DNA of 64,000 bases from an uncultured Candidatus Saccharibacteria bacterium (lineage in GTDB: Bacteria; Patescibacteriota; Minisyncoccia; Phycocordibacterales; UBA9973), in NCBI GenBank assembly GCA_964482735.1, contig CAYZYV010000001.1, positions 16,172-80,171 on the forward strand, in the 5' to 3' direction. The position numbers and the translations under genes were made by a program. The notes beneath the pieces were generated by a model that saw nothing but the letters and a program-made list of their open reading frames with translations, did no database searches and had not been told where the DNA came from. Positions 60,701 through 64,000 of the stretch are shown here, one piece after another (position 1 is the stretch's first letter; the number at the start of each line of letters is the position of its first letter).

Positions 60701-60841
60701 CAAAATCTTTGCTCTGGTTATCTCTTTATATCTATCTTTGTTAATTACAATATCCTCTTCTTTGAGATTAAAATCTTCAGGAAGAAAGTCTTGAATAAAA
60801 TTAACAAAAGATTCTGAATTGTATTTTTCGTTTAATTTCAT
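57719..60841 (-). CDS. Eco57I/type IIG-like N6-adenine methyltransferase with TRD
   Basis: YLNGGLF, LGKIFENLL, GSFYTP, ILDPACGSGAY, IGNPPY, TaqI-like C-terminus. Confidence 0.9.
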   Translation of the reverse strand: MKLNEKYNSESFVNFIQDFLPEDFNLKEEDIVINKDRYKEITRAKILGFCESLDLHVLEMDHNHDKDPRVAIATDAFKILADHWIHRALVIFKNKDSDNYRFSYLTISLDLNDKNKVVKKYSNARRYSFYLGTNAKVKTPEQQLIKKGKIKDVDDLLNRFSVEVVNKQFYLEVAKFFDELVSIEDQNLILPGVSETDINTRKSFAVRLIGRAMFCWFLKQKKSDNGQLVPDEILSSKVVSDNYYHNTLEPLFFGVLNTSIDARDIRNELFDKVPYLNGGLFNPQSDDYYELDRGTFASKYINTLKISDKWFKEFFELLETYNFTIDENTVFDQELSVDPEMLGKIFENLLAKKIDSETGKNEQKDTGSFYTPRQIVEYMVDQSLIEYFKTKTGIEEKKLTALVSYDLTDDTEYPLVQKEKEQIIDAIESLKILDPACGSGAYPIGALQKIVYILQQVDPDCTLWLERKLKGVPDLYKQKIINEVKQNPFDYTRKLDVIKNSIFGVDIQPIAVDVSRLRCFLTLVVESEIDDNKPNRGIEPLPNLDFKFVCANTLVSLPKSTATNLFDDHSGITELSKIMSEYFSCNSQRKNELKIRFTNAQKDILEKTVSAFGKNTGELTLKLTTWNPFGNHSNNWFDAEWMFGLQDKFDVIIGNPPYNADLNDEERKFFKDTYESVKSGRQDTAAIFVELAHRVAKEDFNICYIIPYRLFSRKRNHGAFQEYVLKRLSINEIIYLGKDAGFESAKDEFMIVLFSKHLVGNSIKICNKPDFYKSSNLDFIQVQQSVFEENEEININISKFDHSLLRKIEKDQQILADICEVRDGIVPYIREKMLSNLKIDDRYVKFAGVSGTYKLDRYHFSAEEMYLCYDINEARKYISDVEELRKVQLRDREIFLQPEKIITSQNSAQLKGSIDRSQYFVSNSIHSTYLKDQFKNKYRLSFILACMNSSVLNYYYNSKRLKGVDLHPQILITTLKILPIPKITSESEELVNKISDLVEQVIRLKNDGIVDTDNLEKQIDDYVMEVYGLNKEEKEIVRNS

Positions 60842-63800
60842 AGTGCGATTAATTCTTCAGAGAGAACAATGAGTTTTCCATCATCATTTGCTCTATCCGC
60901 AGTTTCAAAGATACTTTCAAGGTATTTGCTTGGAATAAGCTCTTTAAGTTCAAGGTACGCCTTCTCTGGATTAGTTTTATCAATACGAAGTTCTACAATC
61001 TCTTTAAGTACTCCATTTGGAAGAGCATCAAGATCCTTAATTGCTCTAATAATATCCAAACATAGGTCTTTTGCTTGAGGGTATAACTCACTAAGCAATT
61101 TAACCCTGTTGAGCGCATCTTGCTTTCGACCACCATCGACAGAAGCTTTTGTATTGTCTTTAAAGATATGCTCTTTAGCCATTTTATAGATTGGATCAAA
61201 GTTTACTGTTGTCTGTAGTGATTCTTCTGAATCAATAACTTGATTAAACAAAGGAAGTGCGGCTTGTGGAGATACTATTTGAACTGTTTCAGGAGTATTT
61301 CCAAATGCGAATACATAATTTCCGCTTTTCTTTGCAAAAGCGACCACACCACTGATATCTTTGGTATTTCGAGCAATTCTTGATCGGTGCGGAATTCGAG
61401 AAATCTGATCCATTATTTTCTTATCGTCCTTAATCTTGAGCCAGGTATTACGATATGGTGCATCCCAAGACAAACTTTCATTTTTACTATTTTCTTCTTT
61501 GTATTGCTTAGCAAAGTAGTTCTTCAGATCTTCTTCTGATGTAAGAGTTTTTGTATCTTCACCTAAAAGTGTATGGATCAAATCCATCTTAAGAGTTGAA
61601 ATTGCTTTTGTTCGAGTTTCAAGCTCTCCGGTAAGTGTCGGGAAGAAGTTGTAAATATACAATTCATCAAAAACTTTTCTGTTGATACGGTTGATACGAC
61701 CAACACGTTGAATAACACGAGTTGGGTTATATGGAATATCGTAGTTTATGATTGCTCCTGCTCTATGCAAGTTAAACCCTTCGGAAATTGCATCAGTGGC
61801 AATAATGATATCGAAGTCATTAGACTGTTTTGGTTCTTCAAGTCCAGCATCAAAGTTTGATCTGATTATTTTCTTATTCTCATCTGAAGCATCTTCTGAG
61901 CTATATTTAAAGACGCGAGCAAATCCATCCTTTTGTAGTTTTTGGAATACATAGTTTGCAGTATCAGAGAACTCTGTAAATACAACAATCTTTCTGTTTG
62001 AATTTTCTGCTAGTGATGTTGCAATCTTTTGTTTAAAGAATTCAAACTTTGGATCACTCGTCTTATCAGACCAGTCTTCTTCAATCCCTTTAAGAAGTGC
62101 AATATCGTGTCGTAGATGATCACCAAATTGCGGTTGTAGTTCGCTTAATGGAATTCTAATAAGTCCTTTATCTTCAAGTTTGTTGAGAGTTTCTTCTAGT
62201 TCTTTTTCATCAAGTTCACTTAGATATTCTGAATCTGGCAATACACCTTTTTTAAATATTGGAACTTCCTGTCGATTTTCATACCAATCAAGCATAGCTT
62301 CAGAAGAAGTAATCATGTTTTTTAACGACAACTTAAATGCTCCAACAGAACTCTCAAATCGTCGAACTAAAAGTCTTCGCATAAACCGAGCAAGGTTGCT
62401 TTGTCCTTGTTGGATACGCTGAAGTTTCTCTTCTGCTGACATTCCATCTTCATCATCTTGCTCAATTAACTTTTCAAGGAATTTTGAACCTTGGTTAATA
62501 TATGAAGCTGGCTTATATCGTGCACCGATAAAACTAGTACTCCGATCTTCTGGGGCAATTTTCTCAAGAGTATTCACATAAAGATCAAACATATCACCAA
62601 GATCATACTCGAGAAGTTGTGGATCTTTCACTTTTGCAAAAGCAACACCTTGAGCTTTCAGGTCTTCCTTGTATTCTTCAATTTCCTCCAAATCAAGTCG
62701 TGATCTTCGAATAATCAACGGCTCAATCATTTTTCTTAATTCATCTGCAATCGAATGTAGCTCAACTTTGATTTCAGAATTATCTGATTCATCTTTTGTA
62801 CTCTTTCTTAGATCTCGACGGACGGCTTTGTATCGTTTAAAAAGCATATGGAAAGACATACTTAGGTTTTCCACTGTTCTAATCGTTGATTGTCCTGGAG
62901 TACTAAAGAGCTTAATCAAGGCGTAAATATCTTTTGGATCGTTATTGAAAGGAGTTGCAGATAGAGCCATTACATAGTTACCCGCACAGAGTCTGTGCAG
63001 AACTTTGTAATTGTCAGTATCTTCATTTCGATGTTTGTGGGCTTCGTCTAATATAACCAAAAGTCTACCCTCATCATCACCGTGTCGTTGTAATGCTTCT
63101 TCTATTTTTCCAGTTGAATATACAAAACCTTTAAAATCAAATTCAGACATGTAGTCTTTCCATTGATTCTCGAGGTGAGGTGGTGCAATAATGATTGTTT
63201 TATAACCAAGGTTGTGAGCAATCGCAGAAGCAATAATACTTTTTCCTAGACCTACCACATCGGCAATGATTACACCTCCGAACTTCTTAATACGATCAAT
63301 ACCTAGATTGATAGCATCTTTTTGATATTTAAGATCAGAAAATTTACCCCCTGTAATATGTTTTGGGGTTTTCATGTTTTCTATTTCAGTAACAGCAAAG
63401 TATTCATTAAGTACTTTGTAATACATCAAAAGTGGATTTGGCAAAGCATAAAGCCAAATCTTGTCTTTCACTTCCTTGATAAAGGTTTCTGCTGAATCAA
63501 GATCAGTAATGACTATGTTGTCAGGATCATTCCACACTGATTCAAATCGTTTAACATCATCTTCGTAATAATGTTTTTCCATTAAAATACGGTTATGTTC
63601 TCCTTGACCCTTTAATCCTGAAAAGGTTAGGTTGCTTGAACCTTCAATTACAATTCCTGGAGTAATTCCGTTAGTTGAAAATTCAAATTTGTTGTGAAGA
63701 ATATAAAACTTTGAGTGGTTTGCTTGTGCTGTTTTTTTAATCTGCAAGCTACCATCTTTGATTTTATCTAAAAATATCTCAAAAGCTTTCTGAGATTCAT

Positions 63801-63999
63801 CATTATCAAAAAAATCTGTGTCGTTAAAAATCCTTGAAAAGTTCTCAATGTAATCATCCTTTGCAATAGAGCGAGAAGATGTCTTTGTATCTGTTGTATA
63901 TGAGTCCAGGTTTAAATCTTTGAGTGTTGAGACTTTATCAATAATTTTCTTATCAATATCCATTCCAACCAAGATTCTAATTTGTTTATCTTTTAGTTC
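60838..63999 (-). CDS. PLD-nuclease/SNF2-like helicase fusion (5' end beyond window)
   Basis: HSKFY..GSSNLT PLD motif, ADVVGLGKS, DEAH, SATP, SEGFNL, QRVGRINR; frame open to the window end. Confidence 0.9.
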   Translation of the reverse strand, partial: ELKDKQIRILVGMDIDKKIIDKVSTLKDLNLDSYTTDTKTSSRSIAKDDYIENFSRIFNDTDFFDNDESQKAFEIFLDKIKDGSLQIKKTAQANHSKFYILHNKFEFSTNGITPGIVIEGSSNLTFSGLKGQGEHNRILMEKHYYEDDVKRFESVWNDPDNIVITDLDSAETFIKEVKDKIWLYALPNPLLMYYKVLNEYFAVTEIENMKTPKHITGGKFSDLKYQKDAINLGIDRIKKFGGVIIADVVGLGKSIIASAIAHNLGYKTIIIAPPHLENQWKDYMSEFDFKGFVYSTGKIEEALQRHGDDEGRLLVILDEAHKHRNEDTDNYKVLHRLCAGNYVMALSATPFNNDPKDIYALIKLFSTPGQSTIRTVENLSMSFHMLFKRYKAVRRDLRKSTKDESDNSEIKVELHSIADELRKMIEPLIIRRSRLDLEEIEEYKEDLKAQGVAFAKVKDPQLLEYDLGDMFDLYVNTLEKIAPEDRSTSFIGARYKPASYINQGSKFLEKLIEQDDEDGMSAEEKLQRIQQGQSNLARFMRRLLVRRFESSVGAFKLSLKNMITSSEAMLDWYENRQEVPIFKKGVLPDSEYLSELDEKELEETLNKLEDKGLIRIPLSELQPQFGDHLRHDIALLKGIEEDWSDKTSDPKFEFFKQKIATSLAENSNRKIVVFTEFSDTANYVFQKLQKDGFARVFKYSSEDASDENKKIIRSNFDAGLEEPKQSNDFDIIIATDAISEGFNLHRAGAIINYDIPYNPTRVIQRVGRINRINRKVFDELYIYNFFPTLTGELETRTKAISTLKMDLIHTLLGEDTKTLTSEEDLKNYFAKQYKEENSKNESLSWDAPYRNTWLKIKDDKKIMDQISRIPHRSRIARNTKDISGVVAFAKKSGNYVFAFGNTPETVQIVSPQAALPLFNQVIDSEESLQTTVNFDPIYKMAKEHIFKDNTKASVDGGRKQDALNRVKLLSELYPQAKDLCLDIIRAIKDLDALPNGVLKEIVELRIDKTNPEKAYLELKELIPSKYLESIFETADRANDDGKLIVLSEELIAL

Positions 64000-64000
64000 A

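Larger units (their letters stand above)
49460..64000. mobile_element. Putative integrative element/defence island (boundaries uncertain, right end beyond window)
   Basis: Switch from housekeeping genes to Thoeris, LexA-like repressor, terminase genes, serine recombinase and RM-like genes. Confidence 0.7.

Overview
AT-rich bacterial chromosome segment whose gene set and style (short IF-2, monomeric MetRS, eukaryote-type GlyRS, IleRS2, pilins, apparently leaderless genes) suggest a Patescibacteria/CPR (Parcubacteria-like) genome; the taxonomy is inferred. Bases 1-49460 are mostly housekeeping: topA end, rel, parB, clpB, infB-rbfA, secG, rnj, rpsF-ssb-rpsR, metG, glyS, recO, ileS with a T-box, argS, a dTMP-synthesis cluster, an ECF-sigma/ABC efflux operon and three tRNAs. 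Three layers stand out. (1) Three dispersed, mosaic paralogs fuse a type IV pilin N-terminus to a C-type-lectin-like C-terminus with a hypervariable tail. They resemble DGR targets, but no RT or template repeat is visible in the window. (2) Many miniature palindromic elements occur, some inserted in frame into nifS, glyS and a prepilin cleavage site, some built on tRNA T-arms, and one cluster forming a run of unrelated palindromes. (3) From about 49460 there is an island: a LexA-headed type II Thoeris operon, a ParB-MTase/TerS/TerL/serine-recombinase module with no portal or capsid gene, and a PLD-helicase plus Eco57I-like MTase pair that runs off the window end. All calls come from reading motifs by eye; no searches were run.
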